From the human T2T-CHM13v2.0 reference genome, Homo sapiens: a stretch of 64,000 nt of DNA. The notes under the pieces were generated by a model that saw only the letters and a program-made list of their open reading frames with translations, made no database searches and was not told the origin of the DNA. The translations under genes were made by a program, and so were the position numbers. The stretch is from the NCBI RefSeq assembly GCF_009914755.1, contig NC_060934.1, one strand, 5' to 3'. Below are positions 39,151 to 53,054 of this stretch, one piece after another (the first letter of the stretch is position 1; each line of letters starts with the position of its first letter).

Positions 39151-42100
39151 GCAACATGTATTAAACATCTGACCTGATTGTTGCAACTGGAATAATCAGG
39201 TCAAGTCAGATACCTTAGTACATGAAATAATTACTATCTTATTACCTAAATGAACTGATTGTTTAATAAAACAGAATCAGTTGTAAATGTTTGATTCAGT
39301 TTCTGTGAAGTTTCAGCTTGATATTATGTAATATTGAAATTTTGGTAGTTTACTTTTTAAAAGTGAAAAACTAGCTTTTTTACATTTTTCACCAGATGTT
39401 CTTTTACCAGAAAGAAGACAAGAGCCTGGGAAAAATTTCCTCTGTCCTTTCATATTTCTAGAGGAAATATGAGAAGAACCTGGTTAAAACAAAACATCTC
39501 AAGGGTAGAGGATGTGGGCTCTAAAATAATAAGTCTGAGACAAAGAGAGACTGTAGAGGGAAAAAAATAATGTCTAGTGTTAGAAAGTAGAATACAAATG
39601 GACTTAGGAATATGCCTCCTCACTTTGCTCTTCCTTCTGATACACTGAAGATAGCCCGCTCCCTACAATTTTAAGATACTTTCTTAAGATACTTTTGTCA
39701 GGAAACTTTGAAGTAAATGGAGATACGAACTGGCTCTGGGAGAAATACAAATGATCAATAAAATCGTGAAATGATTCCCAACCTAACTAATAACCCATGG
39801 GATATGAATTAAAATAGCCATTCAGTAACTTGGGTGTTGGTCAGAAGACAATAATTTTAAAGTGCATTGTGTTTGATTTGTTATTTTAAACCAACAAATA
39901 GCTCTCTCTACATTCTATGACATAAACGATTCGGATTCCTTACATTGAAAAATCTTTAAAAATCACACCAATAAAAACACCATTGTATTAGTAATCTCGA
40001 GGTACTATTTGGGCCTGATGTAGTTACCTGAGGATCTATTTCTTATCTTATAATCATTTTAAAGAAAAGCTATTATTCAATAGAGGTAGTATTTTTCATA
40101 AAAGTATTATGGAGTAGATGAAGGTTGACAATTTTATGCTTAAGAAAAATGTTTCCAAAATACAACATAATTTGGAAAATGATAGCATGTGAAAAAAAAG
40201 TCTCGAATTTATCTTTTTGCTCTATGCTTACTTTTCCATGCTTGTTTCTTTGTTCACTTGTAATATACTAGCTGCCTCCAGGCGAAATTCAATAGCTTTT
40301 GAATAGTAATAAACAAATCAACTTAGAACTTAGCTTGAGTTATGAAAGGTACATATATTTGGTTTTCAGGAGAAAAGGAAAGACTCATGTAGAAAAAACC
40401 CAGTTAGCCCTGTGGAAATTAGGCCAAAGCAATGGGAACAACCTGAAATCACAGCATGACATTGAGTGCAATGAATAGATGAAAAGGAGCTTGAGGCTTA
40501 AAAAATAATCGTTTATAGCTTCCCTGCTTTCATGTTGGTGTTTTGGTTCATTACTTAGAAAATAAAGATACAAAGACCTAGAGAGTTAGATCATAATTAG
40601 AAAAGAGTCACTGGCTTTCAGGGACATTTGTTAGGAGAAAGAAATCTTTTTCTCACAATAATCCCGCAATTTAGTTCAGATGCTCCATATCCAAATTGAA
40701 TGGATGTTGTGAGAAATCAGTCAGTTTGTAAGTCAGAATCTATCCAACTGGCACTAGCAAATCAAAGCAAGCATTACCCTGTGATCTACAACTTAGACAC
40801 CAAACATGGTTAAATGTCCTAAAAGATATATGACATTGTGACCTGAAAATTCCAAGGAAGCACAGTGGTAGCTGATGTAGATTTTAGACTCAGGTTTAGA
40901 ATCATATAGTTCATAGAGACTGGTCATAGGTTTTATGGCTAAACATTGTCTTTAGCATGGATATTTCTCTTTAAATTGTGTTTGAATAAAATATTATCTT
41001 AAATTTTTATATTATATAATTTTAACAATAAAAATAAAATTTTAAAACTGAAAATGAAAGTCGCGAAATTATCCTTAGCATGAATACAATGTTCAGATAT
41101 TCATGGGATTGGAAAAAATTCACTCTAAGTTGTATTCTGTCAAGCAAATGTTGGGGGCCTAAACCATTTTCAAAGTAGTTGTATAACTATTTAGGTTTTA
41201 ATTATATTTTACTATGACCTCAAAATAAGAGTGACAAGAAAAGAGATTAAAATAAATGCCCACTATTTGTCAGATATAGTGCAAAACACTTTAAAAATAC
41301 TAGTTGATTTCATTCTTCAAGATAAACCTGCACATCTTCATTATCTTCATTTGAGAAATGAGAAAAAAATATTTTTGAGCAAATAAGTAGCCCAAGGTCA
41401 TAATTCCACAGTGCACATTCTTTGCAGTGGGACATGAAAGGTGACATGGAAAATCTGCTTTTCACTATTCTCTGTGTCAAATCATCTTGTTTTTGACTTG
41501 AAGTATGCCTTGCTTAGACAAGGCCAGTCTTTAATAACCAGAAATGCATTTTCTATTCTGTCTTTTTCAAAACCTTGTTTGAAATTTTTCCTTAGAAAGT
41601 ATACCTGATTACATTAATGGAAAAAAGAAAAAGAAAAAACAAAGACAAAACAAACTAACAAATTATCCGTATACTTGGAATTATGTATCATGGGCGTTAT
41701 GAATTTTATGTTATTTAGTACAATGAATTGTAATGCTGTCTGAAGTAATTCACAGCATCAGGACAGGGACCATGAATTAGTATAATTCTTTCCCATTGAT
41801 TCTTTCCCATTCCTACCCACTACACTATGTATACATTGAGAAAATAATGGTGAAGCCATAAAATATTAAAACATTTGGCCTGGCGTGAAGTGCACACAGA
41901 AGCTAGGTATTAGAATGGTGTAGTGTAAAGATTATTTAAATGCCCATCTGTAGCCAAATACCCCCTTTGTAAAATTATTGCCTTCACCTCTTGAGTGTTC
42001 AGATGACTATAAAAATACATGCAGACATCACACTGGGGAAAACACTATTATGTAGTATAGATTCAGGGAAGATAAAAATGAAGAGGAAGAAGGAAAAAGG

Positions 42101-42279
42101 GAAGAAGAGGCAGAAGCAGTAGCAAAAAACATTTAATTCAAATCTGTGAAATTTTATTTAAAGCCAAGTACAGTGACGGTGATTGCAAGAAAAGTGACAT
42201 TTTACTTTCAATAAAGACAACATTTTACCACTGAAAACTCCTCAGTTTTAACTCTACCCTGAGGGTAAAATAGAAGAAA

Positions 42280-42490
42280 GAAACTTTGGTTGAAATCTAG
42301 ATTTGGTGCTTACTTGCTCTGTGACTTTCCTTAGGTTATGTAACCTTCCTGAGCCGCAGGTTTGTTGGTCTGTTTTTCCCCATGTAAATTGAAGAGAATA
42401 TAGGCTACCTCACAGATGTTCTGGCGCAACTAAATGAGAGAGCATATGTAAAACACCTAGCAAATCCGTGGACATCAATAAATACTTATT
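42280..42490 (+). mobile_element. MIR SINE
   Basis: cttacttgctctgtgactt...catgtaaattg...ctacctcacag...aaatgagagagcatatgtaaaacacctagca. Confidence 0.65.
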
Positions 42491-45400
42491 TCTTCCAATA
42501 AAAGTTTTAAATAGATGTTCAGTTCAGACAGCAATTACTCTAGTTTGTCTTCCTTGAAAACATGGGCCACTGTTTTGTGTTTACTGTTAGTATGTTTTAA
42601 ACACTTGAACAGTTCTTCCCCGCATATTTTCAAACCAGAATCAGACTTTCTTGCAGATTCATGGAGGATAAAACACAAACAAAAATACATTTAAATGTGT
42701 GTCAGCCAACTTTTTAACTCTATCAGTGTTAACGTAGTCTACACTGTTATATCCTTTCTCCTAACTCTATTTATCTAATTGAAATAAGATTTTGGGCTGT
42801 TCTCTTTTTAGCAAAGTGAGAGTATTGGATCAAGCTCTCTGATTAAAAAAATATGTATTTCTGGGAGTGTATCTGACCCATTTCCAAGTGTTCTAAGAAA
42901 CTTATCTGGAGAAAGAAAGGCTTCCTAGTTCTCAGTCCCACCAGGATCCCAAAGATCCACATAATTCTTGAGGACTCATATTAACAGTTTTCTTAATGTC
43001 TGATGCAGCAAGATATTAAGTATTCCCTAAAAATTCCCACACCAGGCAGCCTTCGAAGCATTGCATTGAGCAGGTCGGGGTAGTATGCCATAATCAATGA
43101 CTTCCAAATTCAAGCAGAAAACTATTATTAACTGACACAGCCACTTTAGTAATTAAATTGTTGGAGCCTTATGACATTTAATTTTGGCATTCCAATGAGA
43201 TAGAACAAACTTGATACAGATACATCCCCTTTCATTTCTAATTTGATAAGAAGGCAGACTAAGACATATTTTCTAAAAAACATTATTAGAGTAGCTTTGA
43301 ATTTTAAAATAATCTCACTGTATTAAAATTTTCCTGCATTAATTATTATCTGGTAAGTGCTTGTATGGAATCATAAACATATATTTTAAAGATGATTGCT
43401 TAGTCTATTTTATTTCCTTTTAATTGTGCACATTATTCAGGCTTTCCTGGATGGTTGTGATTTAATATTTCAAAATGGCACAACACAGCATGACTATTTA
43501 TCTAAGAGTTTCAAGTAGTCATTGACATTCAATGCAACACCCTGAATGTGGGAGCACTTCCATATAAGTTGCATAAAAAAATAAGATTATCCTTGAACCT
43601 CATCATGGGGACTTAATTAGAAAGTTAGGTACAATTATAATAAAAAACTGTCACCCGAAAATCAAAACAAAATAAACTACTAAAGTTAACTTGTAGAATT
43701 AGCTAATTAATACATTAAGAATTATCTGTAAATAGTGCAAAAAAAAAGCATGGAAATAAATATTCTAATAGTTGGACTCTTTAGCAGAAGTTTAGTAGAA
43801 TAGGGACAATGCAGAAAGACTCTAACATTAGAGCAATGTCGCTAGGTTCACAAAGAATTTGATATTAGAGACCATTTTATATCATTTCTCTAATTTGTTT
43901 ATACAAATTTTAATTAATATGCATAGATATATAGATATTTAAATAATATATAATATAATAATACATAATAGTATAATTTATATATATTTCAATTAATAAG
44001 TTGATTTTATTAATTTGCTGTACACAGTTCTTTAACATACCAAGCTTGTAGTACAGTGAGAGGTTAGGGTTAACTTGTCTGAAACTAATGCCAACAAGCT
44101 GGACTCCTGTAGTGGGAACTGACCTTCTACAAATCTCCATGCAAATTTGCTATGGATGAGTGCTTAGGTTATCAATCCTAGTGGTCAGCTGAGATAGACA
44201 GGTTCATAGTTTGTCAGAGTGGTAAAAGCCAGGCTTAATCCCTAGCCCATTCACACTATGGGGCGGGGGAGCTGTCTCCTCCTCCACTACAGACACTGAA
44301 AAGATGAATTATTTCTGGATCACATAATGGTTGAATTTTTAGAATGTTATTAACCATATACAGGGCCTTGGCTTCCCTAATCATAAAATTCTAAACTCTA
44401 TTTTATGTGGCCTACTTTTTCTGGAATCCAATCTTCAAAACTGCTAGATCTTGGTCCACTGTCCCAGAAAATGAGAAACAACAAGATAAACAGGTACCTG
44501 CTCTTCCTTCCATAAATTGCCCATACACACACACGCACACAAAAATCCTACTCTAAAATTAATATTATAATTAGTTCTTATTTGCTTAATCTCCAGTATT
44601 TCTCAAGAAGATTTTTTTTGTGATTGTCATGAAGTCTTGAGTCAAAGAAGTCACACAGGTGATCCTAGTATTTGATCTGTATCTACCTCTACATTGATAC
44701 CCATATATGTTATAGCATGTATCTCTTATATTTTTATCAATGTAAGTGTATGTCTTCTTATAAGTCTCTACGTCAATTTCCATACCATCTTTATTTGCAT
44801 GAGAATATAGGCCCTACTTAGTGAATTTCATGAGTCTTATCACATAATATTGTTAACCCACCCTTTCACACAATGTCCCTTATAGAGGTTTTTGCAAAAA
44901 TAATTTCTAACTTGAGGTGGTGCTTATTATACTGTGAGTTGATTCTCTTTACTCTTACGTGCAATACGTAAGTCCTGGGTCTTTGGGTCAGCTCATTAAA
45001 GCACTCTTTGTTTTTAACTCAAAATGTTACACTCAAATTGTCTGTCACAGAAAAAAATAGTATTGAAAATTGTAAAATGCCCATCAGAGCTTTAGTACTT
45101 CTATTTTCATTGATGTGTCTTTATAAACATATATTATCTTTTTTAGATATAAAAGTTACATCCAATTATCTTCCTTTGACCAGAATTGATAGTAATGGAA
45201 AAATGGATTCTGTGCATCTCAAAAAAAAAAAAAAAAAAAAAAACCTAGATGAGGAAATCAGGCCAAGGTCAAAAATTTATAAAGAGGGAAAGTGGACAAA
45301 ATCTAGTTAACTGTCACAGGGAGTTGGGGGAGTTATTTTTTAAAAGGCACAAGAAATAAGAGTAATGTTTTTTCAACTTGTTCATATACTCTGCCTTGTA

Positions 45401-48019
45401 ACAACCCCTGTCATCTCACTTTTTTACTTGGACTTCTTTAATTTTGAATCTTTACTGAACTCACTGCAAACATGACCCATATGTCAATAATGCTGTATGT
45501 TTTAGACTGGATAGAAGGAGCTCTGATTATTGTATAATGTTATTAGCGATAATGTATATTTGTGTTGTACTTTAGCCTTTCTAAAACTTTAATTTTCATT
45601 ATTGTATTATCATCATCTTCAAGAAATACATTGACTATGAATTCTTATCCCCTTTTAAAGATATTAAAAACTAGGTTTAGCAATGATAAAAGGCAGACAA
45701 CGTATTGTGTCTTATTTTTCCAGTCCTTAGACAGTTATAATGGATCCAGGCTTTGAATAACATTTATGTCTAGATGATAAGTTACAGTTCAGAGGTCAAA
45801 TTTTATTTCACAAGAATAAATGTGGTGTATGTTGCTGTGAAATAACATGAATTTTTTGGAAATGTACTTATTTCACGAATTACAAGTTTTATAGTGTTCC
45901 ATTTGGTTAAGAGAACTGATTAAATCGAGGACTATAGAAATGTATTTTAATGGAACACTTTATTCTAATGTTTTGGCTGTTTCTATTTGCTTACAAATGG
46001 CATTTCTGAAATGATAATTAATATTTTAAAAATCTTTTGAAAATAGAAACATGATTAAAACCTCTACTTTGGCCATGAGATTTTATCATTTTCATATATG
46101 TGTGTATATGGATGTATATATACATGCACATATACATGTACACACATTTTAATTCTATATAACAAATATACTGGGTAAGAAATTTAGCTATTCATGTTCT
46201 CATGCACTTTTTCTGCCTGCTATTTTACCGCTTCTGGAAATCATGTAATATATTACAGTAAAACACAACTGTGTCCTGTCCTAAGAACTTTTCTTCTTTG
46301 CTAACTTACTTTTAGATAATTACTTATGACGTCTGAGTACTTCAGCTATAAGTTCTGTTTTTCAGGAGACACTTTTGATTCTTGTTTTGTCTTTGGAAGG
46401 GGCCTGCAATCTGGGAGGTGTAAACTGAGGCTACATTCTTCTGTACTTTGTTGATAAGGAGCTCTAAAGGATTTCTACTAAGCTTCATAAAATTGAAACA
46501 TTAGTTAAACCGAACAAACAACTTTTAACTGCCACATGGTGACAATCCATTTTTTAAAAAGGGACAACATAGCTATTTGAATACCTTAAAAAAAAAAAGA
46601 GAGAGAAAAACTACAGGCATACTTTGAAACCTGTAAAGGTATGATGGCCCAGCAATTATTGTGAAGATTTTAAAGCTATTGACACTTTTCCCGAAATGGA
46701 TATTGGATAAGAAACAGAGTTTTCAAGTAGCATATTCTTTAATGTATTTTCATTTTCTTCTTCACTGAGAATTAACAAAGTACTTTGATGTATATCCTCA
46801 AGGCTTGTTGATTGTAATAGGAGAATAAATATTTTGAAGAGTGAGGAACAACTAAAAATTTCTGATTTGTCATACACTAAAAAAAAGTTTTTAAAAATAA
46901 TAACAAATTTTAAAATCATTTTCATATTTAAAATTGCCATTATCCTTTAACATGACCTGAATAAATGCATCTAGAGATATTTGATTATATGCTTCGAACT
47001 TTTCTTTCTACTGGAGTTTTTGTTCCTTACTTTTGCGTGCAAAAACAAAAACAAAAACAAAAATCTGTCTGGCATGGCACTCAGGCTCATATATTTTTTC
47101 TATGTAGCTGGAAAACACTTCCTGCAATGTAGCTGAACTCAGAGAGTAGAAAAAAATCTTTGTACCATAATGAAATGAAATTGTATTTAAAAGTCTAAAA
47201 GAGAAGAAAATGAAGATTTTACTCAATAGTCAATATGTATGTGTTTGATGTATATTTACCATCATTCTATAAGTATTATCCCCAGTTTTGGCTAAAAATG
47301 AGGCAAATACAAGGGTCATTTAAGGCATGGGAGTTATTACTTCCAGGTGTGATTTGGGTATTATGGCATCTCAAGATAAAATCTACAAATAATACTGATC
47401 CGAACTACAGATCCCTTGACAAATCTTTAAATAGCCTTGATTATTATAGTTGAAGAATTCAATTTTCAGGGGGCTTATAAAAATAATGATTGACTGTGAA
47501 TTGGGAATATAATTTAGTCTGCTTGCCTTTTACACAAAACTGGATTTCAAAAGCCAAAACGATTATGCTGCCTCCTTCCAAGTTTTAGCCAAAATGCCCT
47601 GAGAAGTGGGAAATTGGGAGAAAAGTTGCATTGGCATTGGATGTTGGGTCTCTGGGGAGAGTATTTCACTTTCAGAAATTTTGGGAAACATCTACCGTAT
47701 ATAACAGATTGTGTAGCTTCCAAGTTCCAAAATATCTGTTACAAATAATGTCTCCAAAGAATGAAGTGGCTTTGTCAAAAGTAATTACAAATTACTTTTA
47801 ATGAAATCCTAAATAAGAAGAAATTACAAATACATCAGACATTTATTTTGCCTATATGTATTTTCTACCTATGCACAAGAGTTATGTGTAATACAAATCT
47901 AAGTAAGACTAAAAGATCCCCTTAAGTACTTTCAGAATAAAAGTTTCAAGTAATAAGAAAACACATGTCATGGTTTAATTGGCATATGTAAACTCCTCCT
48001 CATTCGTTCTCCTTTTTAA

Positions 48020-48282
48020 TATAATTTAATTTATTTTATTTTACTTTAGGTTCTGGGATACATGTGCAGAACGTGCAGGTTTGTCACGTAGGTGTGACAT
48101 GTGCCATGGTGGTTTGCTGCACTTACCAATCTGTCGTCTAGGTTTTAAGCCCCACATGCATTAGGTATTTGTCCTAATGCTCTCCCTTCCCTTTCCCCCC
48201 ACCCTGCAACAGGCCACAGTGTGTGATGTTCCCCTCCCTGTGTCCATGTGTTCTCATTGTTCAACTCCCAGTCATGAGTGAG
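48020..48282 (-). mobile_element. 5'-truncated L1PA (L1PA7/8-like) 3' end
   Basis: ttctgggatacatgtgcagaacgtgcagg...ggttttaagccccacatgcattaggtatttgtcc...gttcaactccca; probable TSD ttctccttttaa. Confidence 0.88.
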
Positions 48283-49542
48283 TCATTCTCCTTTTAAATT
48301 CTGAATCACATATAGATTTGTTTCAGAAATCTGTAATGCCACAACTTAAAATCAGTGCTATGAAATATTCATAAAATGTAGGGATTTCTCCCAAAGTCAC
48401 AGATCTCAGCATGAGGAGTTAGAATTTGAACTCAGGGTGTTTGAGGGAAGAGATCGTAACAATAATATTTGTACTAGCTCTTGTTTTGAAATCAAATGAT
48501 AAAAATTAAATTCAGAGAAATTTTGAAAACTTTCTTATTTAATACTCATATATAACAAAGTAACTTTTTTATTGTTACTTTTCTTAATGTGGAGCAATAA
48601 CAAAAAGAGGCTCCATTATATGAGCCTGTCCTGAATGAAATAATACATATATGAAAGCTGACACTCTTGGGTAAAACATGGAATAATAATGGGGCCAGCT
48701 CTTAGAAAGTAGAAAATACAATGGCAGCAGAATTAATGCAAAAGAGAATGTCAGGAAATAAGGAAACACACAAAACTGCAAATGTGAGAAACGAATTACA
48801 ACTACAACAATCCCATAAAATCAAGCTTTTTTTTTTTTTTTTTTTTTTAACATTAACAAGCCCTTTAGTTACTTCCCATTACATTACTAGATATCTGAGG
48901 AAAACCCAGAATATAAAGGTAAGGCGATCAGGTAATTATCTTTAGAATCATAGTAAGAAACAGAACTTAATTTTATGTGAGACAAGATAATAAGATAAAT
49001 CCTGACAATGGACTGATGAAATAATGATATTGGGACTACAGTGCTATCAGCAGTGGGGGAAATAGCTTCCAACTACCACTTCACTCCCTGACCACATTGA
49101 TCCAACTTAGCCTCCATTTTACCTCCAAGATGCCATGAGCCATTGGACAAGATATACAGTTATTTAACAAATGATTGTATAGCTTAAAAGTTATATACTT
49201 TAGTATACTAAACAAGTGAGAATATCGCTACTAATTATCTCAGCTCCTGAATGAGAAATTCAGGCCAACCATATGCAGAGAAGGATTATCTTTGAACAGT
49301 ATCTATATCATACTTTTTTTCAAAACAAAAATCAATATTGTTCAAAATCTGGGAAGGGTCACACAGAAGTGGGGTAGTTTCTAACAGTTACCAGGAGTTG
49401 CCAGGAAGTTCCTTATTATAAAAGTGTACTTTAGGTGGCAACATGCAACTAACATCAAATAAATTTTAGAGTCTGGAGAGGAGATTTCTGCTGCCAGCAT
49501 GTATCTTCTACAAGCAAGCCACTTCTCTTATAAAATGTTTAG

Positions 49543-49567
49543 ATACACGCACACACACACACACACG

Positions 49568-49599
<32 letters not shown>
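49543..49599. repeat. (CA)n/(CG)n compound microsatellite
   Basis: Uninterrupted purine-pyrimidine alternation acacgcacacac...gcacgcgcgcacac... Confidence 0.95.
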
Positions 49600-50594
49600 A
49601 CTTAGCTTCCTAACCAAAGTTGCTTCTGCAATTTCTTCAAGTTCAAATTCATTTATTACTATCCGTGTCAGGAGTCATTTTTGTTGACACAGTTTTCTGC
49701 TTTTTTAATCTTTAAATATTGCTGAGAGTGAAAGATGGAGAAATAAGAATATATGGGCAATTAAGTCTAATCTGATCACAACTGCTCATGTGTACAGTGA
49801 TGCTAACTCCTGATTATTTTTTTCTATTTTACTCAGCAAGGAAGTAGAAAATGAAACTCGAATTGAGACCAACCTCTTACTCGGTTGAATGCTAGGAAAG
49901 AAAACTACCAAATCATTAAATAGTGTGGTATGAGCACAGTATTTGGGTAAATTGTGAGCAGAAAGAGGTGAAATAAAGATGAAGTAATTCTGTTGAATGT
50001 CAAACTTAGCTATTTTAAAAGGACAATCATGTTTTCAGAAAACTACAGAAAGTAGGTTATTCTGAACAAAGCTCTGAATAAACTAAAATTGTACTCTAAT
50101 ATTTCCTTCTCTTTGCAGTTCTTCTCAAGATGTCCAGTGCTGTTGACTTTCTTTCTCCCTCCTCTTGCTGATGACTGTTTCCTTACATGGGTCTGATTTG
50201 GTCTGCCTAACTCCTCATGACACTGGCCTTTCATTTTTGTTTTTATATTAACATTTATTTAGTATTAACTGCATGTCAGGAATATAGTAAAAGTTATATG
50301 TGACATATGTCCCTACTTTGTAATAGATCTATTATTTGGAATGCCAGGATTATTTGGAATTCTAGGAATTTCTGGTGTTATTTCACTTGTTCAAGATGTC
50401 AGAACAGGTAAGTAATAGTGCCTGATATTTGAACCAAGTTTTTTTTTAATTCTGAACTTACATATTCTTGAAAGCTATACATTATCTCTCATGTGTACAG
50501 TGGTGTTAAATCATAATTATTTATCTCTCGCTCTATCCTTTTCCATCTTCTTTTTTCCTCCCTCTCCTTCTCCCTTTCTCTCTCTCTTTTTGAG

Positions 50595-50626
50595 CTCCTC
50601 CTCCTCCTCCTCCTCCTCCTCCTCCT
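50595..50626. repeat. (CTC)n microsatellite in a polypyrimidine tract
   Basis: ctcctcctcctc... about 10 units. Confidence 0.9.
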
Positions 50627-51544
50627 TTCTTGTTAATCTTTATCATTTCTCTGCCACTAAATGCTGGATTTTTCTGCTTGCCAACCCAGTAATTTAAAAG
50701 ATCTGCCTAATAGCACAAAAGGGTTGACTGTACTTTCTAAATTCACATTTCTTCTGTTCATGAGGCAAACTAGACTGAGACTAAAATTGCTTAGTCCTAA
50801 TTCCAAGTTTCTGGAAAAAGAGCCTAATTGTTTGGAGATGGTAAACTCATTCTACAGGTGATGTTTATCTTTTTTTTCTTTCTTTCTTTCTTTTTTTTTT
50901 TTTTGCCTTTCTCTTTTGGTGATTTGAGCCTATGATGTGACATGTATTTCTCTTCCAACTCTTCATTCAAGCCATTTCAGTTTATAAATTTTTGCATACA
51001 TGAGCAACATGGAAAGTCCTGAGCACAAATCTTTCCGTCTATGCCAAATCCTAATACACGGGGCCAAGCCCCCCTACCCCCACCTGGTTTATTTCAGGTC
51101 TCTCTCCTACTTTTATCTCTGCACATATTTGGAATTGCCATCTCTCCTCATGAGCTTCAGGGCAATCAGTGAGTAGAAAAGTCATGATATATTTCACAAC
51201 TGCTGCCTATAAATTCTGATACAGATAACAGTCTTGTGGAGATTTGCTTAATTGGAAGTAGTATATTGGAAGTTGGGAATATCTGACTCTGATTATAACT
51301 CAACCTCTAGGCCTTAGTTCCCACAACTTAAGAACGATTAAATTTAAATTCAGTTTCTTAAGGTTCTGTTTAACTCTAACATTCCATGTATAATATATTT
51401 GTCACATGTATTTGCTTAGTTCATCATCTTCTTGTTTCCTTAACACTTGACCTAATTCTATCCCAAGCACTCATGGGAATATCTCAATTTGACATAAGAA
51501 AATATTCTACTAACTTTTATCAAACACCTAAATAAAAATCAACA

Positions 51545-51716
51545 TATTAAGTCCTCAACATTGTTGATAGGTTTTTGGAAACTGTGACTTTAAGTAAAAT
51601 GATGTATAGCAGATCCTCAAATGAAGTCATTTTCTAAAAAATTAGCTTTTTTATTTATTTCCCTTGAAGTCACAGTTACCAAGAACCTATTGATGACCTT
51701 AATTGAGGACTTACTA
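51545..51716. mobile_element. MER6B-like TcMar-Tigger MITE
   Basis: Long TIRs taagtcctcaa..gataggtttttggaaactgtgacttta / aagtcacagttaccaagaacctat..ttgaggactta. Confidence 0.8.
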
Positions 51717-52709
51717 TATTACAAAATATATCCACAGTGAAGGAAGTATATTGTAAAGTTGATAATAAAAGTTAATAATCAAATTCAGTTTTGTGTGTTC
51801 ATGAAACTTGAACAATTTACACTTCATGGTTATACAGTCTGGCAGGGCAGACACACACACACACCAACTCCCCCATCTTATTTTTATTCTCCAGAATATT
51901 CAGCAATTTACTCTTGGGCTCATTTCTATGACTTTCCAGCTCTGCCCTAAACATATAATTACTGGATTAAGTAGCTCTCTTATTTCTCAAAGCTAGCTTT
52001 CACAGAAAGCATTTACTTTATATTGGAATCAAGCAGAAAAGCTTATCTGACTCACATGCACAGAATTCTTCTTGCTACCACTTACTTTGAGAACCCTACA
52101 AACTGTGAAGCTGCCTATCTCTCTATTTTATAATGAAACCATATTTTAGAGCTTTTGCTTGGTCTACTGAGAGAGAAATAAACTCTACTTTCCTTCACTG
52201 AAGATAGCCATCCTTCAGGTTTCTACCACCTCACAGACATCTCTTGGCTCTCTTTATTGCTGGCTGCCAAGACCTGAGGTTGGAGATGAAGACAATTATA
52301 TCATGGAGAATTTTACTTTTTGAATAAGGTTAACGCAATTTACAGAGATTCAGTGTTATTACTGAGTTCATTTTAAAGTAGTAAATTTACACTATACTTA
52401 TTATATATGTTATAGGAATCCCTTCTTCACAATGTATAGGAGAAGAGATGAGATACCTCTTTTCTCTAGTTCAGTATGTTCTTTCTACATTAATGACAAA
52501 TAGCATCAAAGAATGTTTTTCAGCCATTTTAGAAATTTTAACACTAATTCTTGTGTCCACCCAAGCTATTACATTTTAATATACCAACATGGATTACCAG
52601 TTCCTATCAGGGCCTTAGAAAGCTGTATACAATAAATACAGCAGGCATGGCATTAATACTCTAAAACAGCTAGATAAATTATAGTAACAACATGATAGTT
52701 CATTTGTAA

Positions 52710-53054
<345 letters not shown>

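Noticed and set aside
43905-44015. Extremely AT-rich tract and its ORF
   Set aside because: Low-complexity (TATAA)n-like decay
45215-45243. catctc + A23 resembling an extremely truncated Alu end
   Set aside because: Only 6 nt of match and no TSD, so indistinguishable from a simple poly(A)
46656-46940. 94-aa minus ORF in repeat-poor DNA
   Set aside because: AT-driven composition, no recognisable domain, no paired splice sites
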